Position numbers and translations under genes: made by a program. The notes beneath the pieces are model-generated. The model saw only the letters and a program-made list of their open reading frames with translations. It made no database searches and was not told the origin of the DNA. This document shows positions 1-10,738 of a DNA stretch of 34,750 nt, piece by piece. Source of the stretch: an uncultured virus (IMG/VR IMGVR_UViG_3300022833_000006). Taxonomy: Duplodnaviria; Heunggongvirae; Uroviricota; Caudoviricetes; Crassvirales. Positions within the stretch are counted from its first letter, which is position 1. The number at the start of each line of letters is the position of its first letter. The stretch lies in IMG/VR virus record IMGVR_UViG_3300022833_000006; one strand, given 5' to 3'.

Positions 1-599
1 TTCATAGAATTCATCCACGCATCCGTGACCGTGACTCCAAATTGAAGATTCTGAATTGGATTTCCTTCGTCACCAATTCTAAGGAACTCCATTATGTCTT
101 CATGCTCTACTGGTAGGTATAAAGCACAAGCTCCTCTTCTTGATTCACCTTGTTTACATTTATCTATAATTGTATCATAGATTTTTGCATAGTGAACAGG
201 TCCATCCGCATTCCCACCACCTGAGATTGACGAACCGCGTTTTCTAATGTTACCTAAGTACATGGATGTTCCACCACCGTATTTAGACATCATACCTATT
301 TCTCTTGCTCCATTTAGAATACTATCCATCGTATCATCAATGTCAGATCCGTAACAACTTATAGGTAAAGTTTTTTCATATCCAAAATTACACCATACAG
401 GAGTTGACAAACTATAATAACCTAAAGCCATATAGTTTTCAAATTTTTCAGCTCAGCCTTTTACTCCTAGTATTCTTTCTGCGTGATTTGCTATGTCTTT
501 AATTCTTTGCTCTGGAGATACCCCTTCTCTTAAGTATCCACGAGAAAGAAATTTTCTTGACTCTTCGTTAAGCCAATAATATCTATCTGTTTTATTCAT
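1..599 (-). CDS. nrdA: Ribonucleotide reductase class Ia alpha subunit, 5' part (runs off window); one in-frame TGA read as Trp
   Basis: Manual translation from ATG 599: MNKTDRYYWLNEESRKFLSRGYL...GVKG*AEKFENYMALGYYSLSTPVW...PISCYG...KYGGGTS...KQGESRRGACALYLPVEHEDIMEFL. TGA at 455-453 (codon 49). Lies directly downstream of nrdB. Confidence 0.93.
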
Positions 600-652
600 T
601 TAATTTTTATATAACATTAATGACTATATTAACATAACCATTAATAGTTTTG

Positions 653-1627
653 TTAGAACAAGTCGTCCTCTGTTATACTTTCTGATTTTTTGTTATAATC
701 AATACTTTTTTTATAAAAGAAATCACTTTCTTTGGTTGATTTAATTTCAACGTCAAACCACATTGTACTTTCTAACTTTTGAGTTTGGACCTCAAAAGCT
801 TTACTCATTCCAATGCTTTCTAAACTGTTATTAAACCTGTTTTTAATAAATTCAGTAATTGTTTCCTTTGATAAGAAATCTAGTTCACCTTTTTCAAAAA
901 TCCAATCCAAAACTTTACACTCGGCTTCAAGAGCCTTAACGCATGCAGATTTAATTATTTCTTCAAATTCTTTATCAAACCATTCAGGGTTTTCTTTTTT
1001 AATAATATTAATTAATTCAATACCAAAATTACCATGTACATCTTCTTCCTTGCTGGTTGCTTCTACTATATTTGACACTCCTTTAAATAAATTTAATTCT
1101 TTATTAAATGACATCATTATCAGAAACTGGCTAAATAAAGAAACGTGTTCTATAAATAGACTAAATAAAAGGATAGATTTTGTATACATCTTATCACTTT
1201 TACTTCTAGTTCCATCAAGGTATTTACTAAGATAAGAAATCCTATCTTTAATAGCTGGTACATCGGTAATTGTTTCAAATTCACTTTCTAAGCCAAGAAC
1301 TTCAAGTAAGTGTTTATAAGCATCAAAGTGCCTAGCTTCACTCTCACTAAATGTAGCTCCTACTGATTGAATTTCATATTTTGGTAGACGTTTATACAGA
1401 TCACCCCAAAACGCTTTCACGTTAACTTCTATCTGAGCAATTGCAAGCATGGATCGCTTGATTGCTTCACGTTGACTGTCTGTAACTTTAGTCATAAAAT
1501 CAGAAATGTCTTCTGTAATATTAAACTCAGTATGAATTCAGTATGAATGCCTTATTGCATTTTTATATTTAAGTAATTCGGGATACTCATAAGGTAACAC
1601 GTTTTTTCTTTTTTTAAATATATTCAT
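653..1627 (-). CDS. nrdB: Ribonucleotide reductase class Ia beta subunit; true start 1627, one in-frame TGA=Trp
   Basis: Diiron motifs EARH and EEDVH; C-terminal DFFY. Upstream extension MNIFKKRKNVLPYEYPELLKYKNAIRHSY*IHTEF places TGA (1540-1538) on the conserved W of the NrdB W-x-x-x-E motif. ATG overlaps the previous stop (TAATG). Confidence 0.95.
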
Positions 1628-1839
1628 TAAATTAGATTTTTAATAAAGTTATTTCTTCTTGTTACTGCTTCTTGTAGAGTTTTTCCTATACCTACATAAA
1701 AGCTTGTTGCTTTAGAATTATCTTTTACATTGACTCTAATTTCAAAATTACCAGTGTTTGTTCTTTTAGTAATTCCTTTAAATCCAGTGTTTGTTTTAAT
1801 TTTATTCATTTTTCTATCTTTTACCGTTTTGTTAAGCAT
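1627..1839 (-). CDS. Small AP2-like DNA-binding domain protein
   Basis: NTGFKGITK...FEIRV...YVG...TLQEAV..RN resembles the AP2 domain of phage HNH-AP2 endonucleases; no HNH motif present. Confidence 0.55.
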   Translation of the reverse strand: MLNKTVKDRKMNKIKTNTGFKGITKRTNTGNFEIRVNVKDNSKATSFYVGIGKTLQEAVTRRNNFIKNLI

Positions 1840-2134
1840 CTTTTACAAATACTCCATTTTGCATTTTACCAGTTCTTTTACTTATAATATTATAAGCACC
1901 TTCAAGGCAATCTGTTAAATTTACATTTTGTAATTCTGCTTGTAAAATGATTGTTACCAAAATATCACCAAGGGCGTCATTGATTTCTTCTTTATCATTT
2001 TTGTTTATTGCATCAAGAAGTTCATTAACTTCCTCTAATGTTTTGATAGCCTGAGCCATAGGTGTTGCTTTTTCAAGAATACCTTTGTCTGCTCCTCATT
2101 TTACTACTAACGGTTGTAATTTACTATATTCCAT
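1832..2134 (-). CDS. MazG-like nucleotide pyrophosphohydrolase; true start 2134, one in-frame TGA=Trp
   Basis: EEVNEL...DALGDILVT...AYNIISKRTGKM motifs. Extension MEYSKLQPLVVK*GADKGIL places TGA (2098-2096) at the W typical of the W-A-x-D-K/R-G motif in this phage family. Confidence 0.9.
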
Positions 2135-2162
2135 ATCTTTATTAGAATTAAGTTTTTGTTTT

Positions 2163-2738
2163 TTAGAATATATCAGAAATATTTTCTAAATTTATTTGTT
2201 TATTGTTTTGAAACTCATAAGTTTCATTGTTAATATTTAACAATTGACCAAGTTCACTATTTTTAGATAATTTGACATTTAAATCTTTTTCCATTTTTTC
2301 TCTTAACTTGTCATTTTTGTTAAATATATCATCAAATCTTTTAATAGTTGAATTTACAAAACCTGGTATTTTACCATATAATTCTATTCAGTATTTCTTA
2401 ATTTGCATTTTGTAATCATCTGAAAGTTTAGAATAATTACCTTTTATCAATTTAAGTATATCTTCATGATATTCTTCTGGTATTTTATATTCATAAATAA
2501 CATTAGCATTAACAGAATAAGATTTTACATATACATCATTGTCAGTAAGTATATTTTCTTTTTCTGTAAATTTAACATCTCTGTAATTAAAATTACATTC
2601 AATATAAAACTTACCTATTTTAGAATCTAAATTAGAAAATAAATAAGTGTTTATTATATGAGATTGTATATTTGAATTTATATCAACTCATTGTGTTATT
2701 ATAGGTAAAACATAACCATGACTAATATTTTTTTTCAT
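2163..2738 (-). CDS. Hypothetical protein, 191 aa, visible only with TGA=Trp
   Basis: Fills the apparent gap between MazG and the nuclease. ATG 2738, TAA 2165-2163, in-frame TGA at 2690-2688 and 2390-2388 (MKKNISHGYVLPIITQ*V...IPEEYHEDILKLIKGNYSKLSDDYKMQIKKY*IELY). Confidence 0.85.
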
Positions 2739-2739
2739 A

Positions 2740-4083
2740 TTATTTAGAATTTATATTATTTAAATCTTCATAATATTTTTGTATAAAATTATCATTTTCT
2801 TTTGGAGCTGAATTAACAATTTCGTTATTTGATTGTTTACTTAATAGATCCAAAAAAGCTGCATCTAAACCTTGAATAGATTTTTCTTCAATAACTTTTT
2901 CTTTAGTAACTTTTTTTGCAGTATCTTTTTTATTATAATATGATACTTTTTCTTTACTATTAGATAATTTTTTATATTTTTTTACATATTCTTCAAATCC
3001 AGGAGCTGTTTCAACTTCTTCATTTATTAAATTATCAAAATTCCTATTATTAGTAAATCTCCTAATAAAATTAAAACCGTTACCACTTTTTCTGTTATTT
3101 CCTAATGATTCATATCCTTTTTTATAATAATCGTAACTATATTCAAAAAGTTTATTATCTATGTGATATTTAATTTTAGTTATAGTTTCACGAATACCTT
3201 CAATATAAACACCTAAATCTGTGTGAAAACCATAATATGCCCCATAAACATTTTCATTATTTATTTTAAATAATAAAGGTTCTTCAAAATCATTAACAGC
3301 AACTATACAAGGTTCTAAAACATTATATTTACTTATTGATAAATTATCATCTTTATATTGATTAATAGCAAGAGTGTAAATACAAGCTTGTATATCATAT
3401 CTATATTTGTAATAACTATTTTTAAAATCATTCATTTTAAATGAAGTAAATTTTAAATCTATTTCTTGAATTGTTTTATTTTTATGATCAATATGAATAG
3501 TATCAATATAACATTTAAATTTATTACCTTCATATTCAAATTCAATTAAAATTTGATTTAAATTCTGAAAATCACTTGAATTAGTATTATTAAAAAATTT
3601 ACTTGTATATTTATTTTTTTTAATTTTATTGTTCATATTAGTAACACTAATATAATCTTCAGATGTAATTACAATTCTATTACCAGCTTCTAATGTATCA
3701 ATTAAAGAATCTTTTATTTTATCTATTCTTTCATATATTTTAGCAGGAGTTTTAATATCACTTTTAAATAAACCATTTTCTATACATAACTCCATGCATA
3801 TATCTTTAAAATCATCACTATTAAGAGATTCTTCGTTTATAGTACCTTCTAACTCTTTAGTAACCATATCTAAAAAAGCATTTTCCATTGATGTAAGCTT
3901 TATTGGATTTTCACTTACATAATATAAATCATCAAAATTTTCATAAATATAATTATCTAACATTTTACCTTTTGATAAACCTTTAGTACTCTTTTTTCTT
4001 TCTGTTATAAGAGAAGAAGGTCCTTCTTGTTTAAAATTTAAGATAGAACTATATGAATGATAATCTTTATCTTTGTTTAACAT
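2740..4083 (-). CDS. PD-(D/E)XK exonuclease (RecE/ExoVIII-like) with long C-terminal extension
   Basis: KCYID...IDLKFT...YRYDIQACIY motif arrangement. Confidence 0.75.
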   Translation of the reverse strand: MLNKDKDYHSYSSILNFKQEGPSSLITERKKSTKGLSKGKMLDNYIYENFDDLYYVSENPIKLTSMENAFLDMVTKELEGTINEESLNSDDFKDICMELCIENGLFKSDIKTPAKIYERIDKIKDSLIDTLEAGNRIVITSEDYISVTNMNNKIKKNKYTSKFFNNTNSSDFQNLNQILIEFEYEGNKFKCYIDTIHIDHKNKTIQEIDLKFTSFKMNDFKNSYYKYRYDIQACIYTLAINQYKDDNLSISKYNVLEPCIVAVNDFEEPLLFKINNENVYGAYYGFHTDLGVYIEGIRETITKIKYHIDNKLFEYSYDYYKKGYESLGNNRKSGNGFNFIRRFTNNRNFDNLINEEVETAPGFEEYVKKYKKLSNSKEKVSYYNKKDTAKKVTKEKVIEEKSIQGLDAAFLDLLSKQSNNEIVNSAPKENDNFIQKYYEDLNNINSK

Positions 4084-4461
4084 TTAATATACTTTTAAAT
4101 AAAAACCAGGTTTTTCTTTATTATACCCAGTGTATTTTCCTTTAATTTTAAAAGGAAAGGGAACCATTTCTGTAATGTTGTCATCATCTATCCATCCAGC
4201 ATGAGTCATCTCATCTTGAATTGTTTGAATAGGATTTACCCAATCATATTTATGATGAGTACCTCTTATGAAATGTACCCCTATTTTATAAGGTTTTTCT
4301 TTACCTTCTATCATCTGGTGGAAAGCATCTTTATTATCTTTCCACCATTCTGCAGTGTTTGTTTTTCATTTTTTAGTAGCTTTAGAAGCTATAAAATGTC
4401 TACCAGTTCATCTGCGTCCATTTTTACTTGATGGCACTGAGCCATCGCAAAATAACATCAT
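4084..4461 (-). CDS. Putative RusA-like Holliday junction resolvase; true start 4461, two in-frame TGA=Trp
   Basis: MMLFCDGSVPSSKNGRR*TGRHFIASKATKK*KTN...YDWVNPIQTIQDEMTHAGWIDDDN; D-x-x-N...D...DD pattern of RusA. TGA at 4410-4408 and 4368-4366. Confidence 0.75.
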
Positions 4462-4473
4462 ATTATTTCATTT

Positions 4474-4614
4474 TTATTTTTGTTTAGTTAGAAATATTTT
4501 CATAGTTCTATTATTATCTTGTAATTGTATTTCATCAATACTACAATTCATATTTACATAACTTCTACCATTATGATCTATTATTTCTACTCTAGTTACT
4601 TTTGTTGTTTTCAT
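4474..4614 (-). CDS. Small hypothetical phage protein (46 aa)
   Basis: MKTTKVTRVEIIDHNGRSYV...LQDNNRTMKIFLTKQK; fills the gap in operon orientation. Confidence 0.65.
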   Translation of the reverse strand: MKTTKVTRVEIIDHNGRSYVNMNCSIDEIQLQDNNRTMKIFLTKQK

Positions 4615-4945
4615 TATACCATTTAATAAATTTAATTACTGCTTTATACATTGTTTTAATATCTGTATAAATAAATTTACATATAACTCTATCCAATTGT
4701 TTATTGAAATCCTTATCTTTATCTAGTGTATCTAACCTTTCAATTTTTTGAATTATAGGCATTAACCAATCCCATGATTCATGAAATTTAAAATCATCTA
4801 GTCTAGCTTTATTTGTTTCATACATGTTACTATCTACAGCTAAATAAGGTCTATTGTGAGGAGTAGTATAAACTAATCCTTTTTTTTCCCAACCCATAAA
4901 TTCAGCAATTAACTTATTACCATTTAATACAAAATTCTTTTCCAT
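4592..4945 (-). CDS. Hypothetical phage protein (NKLIAEFMG...SWDWLMP type)
   Basis: ORF track; overlaps neighbours in operon fashion. Confidence 0.75.
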   Translation of the reverse strand: MEKNFVLNGNKLIAEFMGWEKKGLVYTTPHNRPYLAVDSNMYETNKARLDDFKFHESWDWLMPIIQKIERLDTLDKDKDFNKQLDRVICKFIYTDIKTMYKAVIKFIKWYNENNKSN

Positions 4946-5621
4946 TGTTTTCTTTTATTAATTCGTTAATTTGTTTAAAATGATTACAATTCCATTCTTC
5001 ATTTCGTTTTGCAGCAAGTTCAGGATGTATACATTTTAAAGCATAACAAAATTTTAATTTGTTTTCTGGAACAACTTTGTGAAAAGTTCTCATAACATCG
5101 TTTCCCCATAAACAAAATATTACACCTGGATTATTATCTATAATAGTATTAATAGTAACTTTAATAAATTCATCCCAAATATGCTTGTGTGGATTTACCA
5201 TACCTGCTTGAATAGTTAATGATGTATTTAACAATAAAACATTTTGTAAAGCCCAATTTTGCAAAGTTACATCAAAATCAACAATTAAAGTATTAGTAGT
5301 TTTTTCTATACATTCTCTTATTTTAAATAAAGAAGGTGACACCCTAAGTGTATCAACTGTATTTGCTACAGCAAAGCCGTTTGCTGATTCATTAGGGTAA
5401 GGAGAATCTCCTAATATCACCACTTTAATATTATTATAAGGGACATATCTAAAAACTTTAAATATATCTTTTTTTAAAGGAAATATTTGTCTTTTATTAT
5501 AAACTTGGTTTAAAAAAACAATAAGTTTTCTAAAATAATCTGATTTAATTATATATAGAAAACTTTCATCATTAACCCAGTTACCAAAAGTTTTTTTAAA
5601 ATTAATAATATCCTTATTCAT
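4917..5621 (-). CDS. ung: Uracil-DNA glycosylase family 1-like protein (variant active-site motif)
   Basis: KVVILGDSPYP, PSL, WALQNVLLLNTSLT, LWG, HP, CNHF motifs. Confidence 0.85.
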   Translation of the reverse strand: MNKDIINFKKTFGNWVNDESFLYIIKSDYFRKLIVFLNQVYNKRQIFPLKKDIFKVFRYVPYNNIKVVILGDSPYPNESANGFAVANTVDTLRVSPSLFKIRECIEKTTNTLIVDFDVTLQNWALQNVLLLNTSLTIQAGMVNPHKHIWDEFIKVTINTIIDNNPGVIFCLWGNDVMRTFHKVVPENKLKFCYALKCIHPELAAKRNEEWNCNHFKQINELIKENNGKEFCIKW

Positions 5622-7128
5622 CTACAGTATTTGTAAAATCATCATAAAATTTATGTTCATTAAGACCTTTAGGGTCATTAATATTCATTTTTTTCATAAC
5701 TTTAACTCTTTCTTTAAAATATTTTATATTATTTTCACAAAGAGAATCTGTAAGTTCTGGGAATTCACTTTTAGTAAGTTTTACTAATGTTTCATATTTA
5801 CTATTTAATTTACTAAAAGATTTTAAAAATTTAGGATTATTAAATTTATCTTCTAATTTGTTAGCTGCCATAACCATTATTGCTGAACTTAACATAAAAT
5901 TGTAAATTTTAAAAAAGTCAAAAGTATTATTATGTTGTCTAAATTCTACAGTTTGTTTGTTAGTAAATATAATAGGAATCATGTTAAACCATACGTAACG
6001 ACTTCTAATGTTCCATTTAGATGTACCATTAGGGTCTTTAGGATGATTTTGTATTTTTTCTAAATCATTACCAAAATCTGAAAATGAATATCCACCAGAT
6101 AAATGCTTAAATAAACTATCAAAAGCTAATTTTTTAAGTTTAGGTAAAGGTTTATCTGTGTCAGACATCATAATACTTAAAGGAGTACAATTCATTGGAC
6201 CACTGTAATTTTTATTTTTACCGTAATCAGTAGAAATTTTTTTAGACAATGGTTGTAAAGAATACATATCTTCTTCTAGCATATTTGCTATATTATTTAT
6301 AGATAAAATATTGTCAACATCTCTTTTAAGACCTCCTAAATGTAAATGTAAAGCACATGTAAAATCATAATCAGTTCTTTTTTTTAATAATTTACATATT
6401 TCCATTACATTATATAAACCTTTTCTACCATCTAAAGGAACTGTAACATATTCTAAACCTGATATACTACCATCTCTTAATGCTACTATACCGTGTTTAT
6501 AACACAATCTATCAGGTAAATAACCTTTTGAAGTTTCAAATTCAAGACCAAAAGTTATTTTATTTTTTTCTAATAAAATACCTAATTCTTCTACCATTTG
6601 ATTTTTAACACTAGGAACTTTGTAATACTGATTATATGATTTTTCAATCATTTTAGTTACAAATCTACTATCGTAGTTTAACGAATTTTTATCTACAGGT
6701 GCTTTTCCTATTTTATTAAAAGAAGATTTTGACATTTCATCTTTTTTATAAAAATTACCTGTATTTAAATGTTCAGAATACTTACTACCTAATGTTTCTT
6801 CATCTATACAATTAGTTACATTAAAATTGTCTACAACAACTTTTATGTTTTTAGTAGGATTAGGTGAAAAAAATCCTAATATAAAAGAATCATCTTTATT
6901 TATACTTACTATACCCCTTGTTAAAAGTTGTTTATTTACTAAAACGTAAGATTTATTTTCATGATCAAATTCAATAAGACCATTATTAAATCTATGATAT
7001 CTACCGTTTACTTTGTAACATCCACCACTTCCTTCTATGTTGTTATCACCTATTTCGTAATAATCATTTTGTATTTTACGACATTTACTTTTTTCTAAAT
7101 TCTTACCTTTGTAAGTTTTAACTATCAT
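5614..7128 (-). CDS. Putative amidoligase (COOH-NH2 ligase fold)
   Basis: TFGLEFET, DGSI..LEYVT.PL, CALHLHLG, RY.WFN, TVEFRQH motifs. Confidence 0.85.
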   Translation of the reverse strand: MIVKTYKGKNLEKSKCRKIQNDYYEIGDNNIEGSGGCYKVNGRYHRFNNGLIEFDHENKSYVLVNKQLLTRGIVSINKDDSFILGFFSPNPTKNIKVVVDNFNVTNCIDEETLGSKYSEHLNTGNFYKKDEMSKSSFNKIGKAPVDKNSLNYDSRFVTKMIEKSYNQYYKVPSVKNQMVEELGILLEKNKITFGLEFETSKGYLPDRLCYKHGIVALRDGSISGLEYVTVPLDGRKGLYNVMEICKLLKKRTDYDFTCALHLHLGGLKRDVDNILSINNIANMLEEDMYSLQPLSKKISTDYGKNKNYSGPMNCTPLSIMMSDTDKPLPKLKKLAFDSLFKHLSGGYSFSDFGNDLEKIQNHPKDPNGTSKWNIRSRYVWFNMIPIIFTNKQTVEFRQHNNTFDFFKIYNFMLSSAIMVMAANKLEDKFNNPKFLKSFSKLNSKYETLVKLTKSEFPELTDSLCENNIKYFKERVKVMKKMNINDPKGLNEHKFYDDFTNTVDE

Positions 7129-7154
7129 TTCATTTTATTTTTTTAATGTTAACT

Positions 7155-9275
7155 CTATTGGTTAAATTTGTTGTTTCTATTAATAAATTCCATTTCATCT
7201 TCATCAAAATATTCATCATCATCATTTTTTATTTCTTTTGAATTTAAAATATTATCAATCCATTTACTTAACGGATTATAAACACCTTCTAAATTTTCGC
7301 AAAAATTAAAAACATTAGTTGCTAATTCATTGTTATCAGAATATTTACTAACAAAATCTATTCCTAAATCTAAAGATTCTTTTATTGAAGTGTTAAAATC
7401 ATCTAATGCAACTTTCATGTCGTCATTTTCGTCTTCAAATTCGTCAACATTTGAATAATCTATACCTGATTCATAATCTTGAAAATCTTCTTCAAATTTA
7501 TTATTTTTATTAACAAGTTTATTTATATTTTTTTCAAAACTTTTGTCTTCAAAATAAGCATTGTCAATAACTTTTTTATTACTTAAAATTATTTTATTAT
7601 TTTTTATACTATTAAAAATATGATTATAAAAACTAGCAACACAAATACCTTTTCTTATACTATAAATATAAGTAGAACCTATTGCTTGTACAGATTCACT
7701 TTGTACTACTTTTCCTTTTCTTAAAATTTTATTTTTAAATAAATGAGCATTAAATTCTAATAAATCTTCTTTTTTATTTTTTAAAAATGAATTTTCATAA
7801 TAAGAAGTTATAGGATAAACACTCATGTGCGAATATTCTTCAAGAGTAAAGTTTTCTGATCCTTTATAATTAATAGTTTCATAATCTAATTCAGTAAGTA
7901 ACATAATACCATTAACTATGTAAAACAAAGTTAAATCAACTTTTCCTAAAACAATATTTTTAGAATTAACTTTATCAAAAAATGAAAAATTATTAATTAA
8001 ATTTTTAGCTTCATGTATTAAATTACTAACATATATAAAACCATTATTTTCACTATAAACATAAATACCATCTTTAACAAGCTCGTTGTTTTGTTTATAT
8101 CTAAAATTTTCAAAAATAACTTTATTATAATTAACCATTTCTTTGCTCCTAATTATTTTCTCATAAAAAATACTTTTTCCAATTTTACTTTCTAAAGGTG
8201 AAATAACATTTTGAATATCATTTGGTATTTTATTTGCACTAATAAATAATTTAGAATTAACAGGTGGTTGTTTTGATTTATAAACAACTAAATTTTTTAC
8301 TGATTTATTGTTATTTTTAGTTTTATCAACATTTTTTCTGTTTTTTTCTTCTTTTTTACGATTAAATTCATACATTGAATCGTATTTTTCATTTTTAGTT
8401 CTATCAATATTAAACAAAGCTTCAATTACACCATTTTTTATTTTATAAAGTATATTTGTTTCAAAAGTATATATATTAGAATCTTTTTCAGTATGTCTTT
8501 TACCTGATATAAGCTCTAAAGGAGCTACTGTAGAAGAATAATATATACTATTTTTAGATTCTTGCCAATAATGCAATGGTCTTTCTTCTTCAGCAACACT
8601 AGTATTATATTCCCATTTTTTAGATTTACCTCTAAATACAAAAACAGTTTCTTTTTCTTTTTGTGAATGTAAAACCAATGCAGCAGCACCTTTGTAATCT
8701 TGTAAAACTTTTATATAATCAGGTTTTTTTACATTAGCTTTAGATATTATTTCTAATAAAATTTCACTATCTACTTTTTCTCTATGTTTATCATCTTTAA
8801 GATTTACTTCATATTTTTCAGCTAAAAATTTGTGATTATCTAAAGTTCCGTTATGAGCACCTATAAAATTAAAACCATCACCAATATCAAACATAAAAGG
8901 ATGTGTATTATTTACACTTTTAATACCTCCTCTTGATGCATTTCTAGTGTGACCTATAATTACGTTACCTACTTTTTTTTTGTACTTTTGGATACTTTCA
9001 TTAATAAATAAATTTCTAAATAAAGCTTCATTGTTTGTACCAATACTGTCACCTTTATGTAATTTTTCATTTATATATAAACCACAAGAATTAGTACCTC
9101 TTTCTTCATTTAAAACACCTAATATTTTAAGTTTATCCATATCAAATGAAGATGGATTTTCACCAGTCCATCCAAATAATCCACAACTAAAAACATCTTT
9201 TTTTTGTGTTTTACTAAAAATGTTTAATAGCATTTGCATAATTAACATTATAATTACTATATTAAATATTAACAT
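7155..9275 (-). CDS. Class II glutamine amidotransferase (Ntn hydrolase) with leader and long C-terminal region
   Basis: CGLFG, RG.NSCG, IGHTRNAS, NTHPF, AHNGTL, VDSE, ERPL motifs. Confidence 0.88.
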   Translation of the reverse strand: MLIFNIVIIMLIMQMLLNIFSKTQKKDVFSCGLFGWTGENPSSFDMDKLKILGVLNEERGTNSCGLYINEKLHKGDSIGTNNEALFRNLFINESIQKYKKKVGNVIIGHTRNASRGGIKSVNNTHPFMFDIGDGFNFIGAHNGTLDNHKFLAEKYEVNLKDDKHREKVDSEILLEIISKANVKKPDYIKVLQDYKGAAALVLHSQKEKETVFVFRGKSKKWEYNTSVAEEERPLHYWQESKNSIYYSSTVAPLELISGKRHTEKDSNIYTFETNILYKIKNGVIEALFNIDRTKNEKYDSMYEFNRKKEEKNRKNVDKTKNNNKSVKNLVVYKSKQPPVNSKLFISANKIPNDIQNVISPLESKIGKSIFYEKIIRSKEMVNYNKVIFENFRYKQNNELVKDGIYVYSENNGFIYVSNLIHEAKNLINNFSFFDKVNSKNIVLGKVDLTLFYIVNGIMLLTELDYETINYKGSENFTLEEYSHMSVYPITSYYENSFLKNKKEDLLEFNAHLFKNKILRKGKVVQSESVQAIGSTYIYSIRKGICVASFYNHIFNSIKNNKIILSNKKVIDNAYFEDKSFEKNINKLVNKNNKFEEDFQDYESGIDYSNVDEFEDENDDMKVALDDFNTSIKESLDLGIDFVSKYSDNNELATNVFNFCENLEGVYNPLSKWIDNILNSKEIKNDDDEYFDEDEMEFINRNNKFNQ

Positions 9276-10089
9276 ATTCTTTTATTTTGTATTTTTCAAT
9301 TAATTCATTTACGTTTTCAATTTCTAAATCTGATTCAGGATTAATATAATTTAATATATCTTTTCTTAAATCTTCATTAGAAATTTCAAGTTCTTCTGCC
9401 ATTTTGACAGCCATAACGGAACGATCCCATACGTTTAATATACTATCATCACTTTTTAAAAAGTAACCACCTAAAGACCTACATTCTATTCCGTAATCTT
9501 TATCTCTACAATCCCCGATTTTACCATATAATGATCTGCGATTATGATCATCATTATCTTCTAATATTAAAGGTAATGATACAGCTAATTCAAACATCAT
9601 ACATAATCTATCTCTTTCATCTTCTGTTGGGTTGTCCCACCCATAATGAATGTGAAAACCAGAAGATCTCATAGTTAATTCTGATGTGTCTTCTTCTGCA
9701 ATATCTGAAGAACATTCAGTTATTGCGTTATAAGAAGGTGAACATCCAAAAACATGAGCTTTAGGATCAAGAAGTAATTCTTCAGTAGCAATTTCACTAC
9801 TTGAATAATGAAGTTCCATACCTAAAGGTGCTACAAACATTTCAATGTAAGATTTAGCATAATTTATTGAATTTAAAAATTCTTCTCTTGTTTTACAAGG
9901 TGGAATATTAAATTCAGCAAGTATATTATCTTCTTGAACAAAACAACCTGTTCCTATATCAAGAGGATCGTTTTTACCTGCATTAAAAACTCCAATAATA
10001 GAAGCTAATTCTTTAGTTTCAAAATCTCTAACAAATACTTCTGGATCAGATCCAATAGTAAGATTATTGTAATTATATTTATTATTCAT
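9262..10089 (-). CDS. phiEco32-like COOH-NH2 ligase type 2
   Basis: TIGSDPEVF, QEDNILAEFNIPP, FGCSPSYNA, RSSGFHIHYG, RRSLYGK.G..R.K.YGIECRSL. Confidence 0.9.
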   Translation of the reverse strand: MNNKYNYNNLTIGSDPEVFVRDFETKELASIIGVFNAGKNDPLDIGTGCFVQEDNILAEFNIPPCKTREEFLNSINYAKSYIEMFVAPLGMELHYSSSEIATEELLLDPKAHVFGCSPSYNAITECSSDIAEEDTSELTMRSSGFHIHYGWDNPTEDERDRLCMMFELAVSLPLILEDNDDHNRRSLYGKIGDCRDKDYGIECRSLGGYFLKSDDSILNVWDRSVMAVKMAEELEISNEDLRKDILNYINPESDLEIENVNELIEKYKIKEYVNI

Positions 10090-10090
10090 A

Positions 10091-10738
10091 TTATAGTAAT
10101 TTGTCTATTAAATTATAACAATAGTTTTTAAATTCTAATGTTGAATGATTAAACTCTGGATGTCCTTGTATAGCAAGGCTATTTGTATTTTTATAATACA
10201 CTATTTCACACTCTTTAAAATTTTTATCTAATAAAATTTCTTGATCATTACCATTAAGATATTTTTCAGATAAAATATCTTGAGAAATTCCTATTATATC
10301 ATAATTATCTTTATTAAGATTAAATGGATACATCATTTGATGATGGGTAGAAGTTACTTCAAAAATATTATTTTCAATATCAACAACATTGTGACTTCTA
10401 CTGTGACCAGTAATATGTTGTATTAATTTACCACCACTCATTACAGTTAAAAACTGTGAACCTCTACATATACCAACTTTTAATACATGAGGAGCTAAAG
10501 AATTAAATGCTTCTTCTTCTAACGTATCTCTTTTAGCGTTAATATAAGTATTAGAACCTAATTGTTCATCATAATAAATAGGGTTAACATCTTCTCCACC
10601 AGTAAATAAAGCAATGCTTATATCTTCTTCAGAAGAATCTTCTGTTATTACAATTTCATATTTATTACTAAAAAATTCTAAATATTGATTAGTAAGATAT
10701 GCATATAATGTAAATATTTTAATTTTTTCTTTTTTCAT
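10091..10738 (-). CDS. Class I glutamine amidotransferase-like / peptidase C26 family
   Basis: FTGGEDVNP..Y, RD..E, GICRGSQ, STHHQMM, QGHPE. Confidence 0.9.
   Translation of the reverse strand: MKKEKIKIFTLYAYLTNQYLEFFSNKYEIVITEDSSEEDISIALFTGGEDVNPIYYDEQLGSNTYINAKRDTLEEEAFNSLAPHVLKVGICRGSQFLTVMSGGKLIQHITGHSRSHNVVDIENNIFEVTSTHHQMMYPFNLNKDNYDIIGISQDILSEKYLNGNDQEILLDKNFKECEIVYYKNTNSLAIQGHPEFNHSTLEFKNYCYNLIDKLL

Noticed and set aside
1538..4410. TGA as Gly (code 25) or selenocysteine, or a code-4 host
   Set aside because: TGAs fall on conserved Trp positions in NrdB and MazG; TGG strongly dominates overall, unlike code-4 organisms; promoters are Bacteroidota-type.
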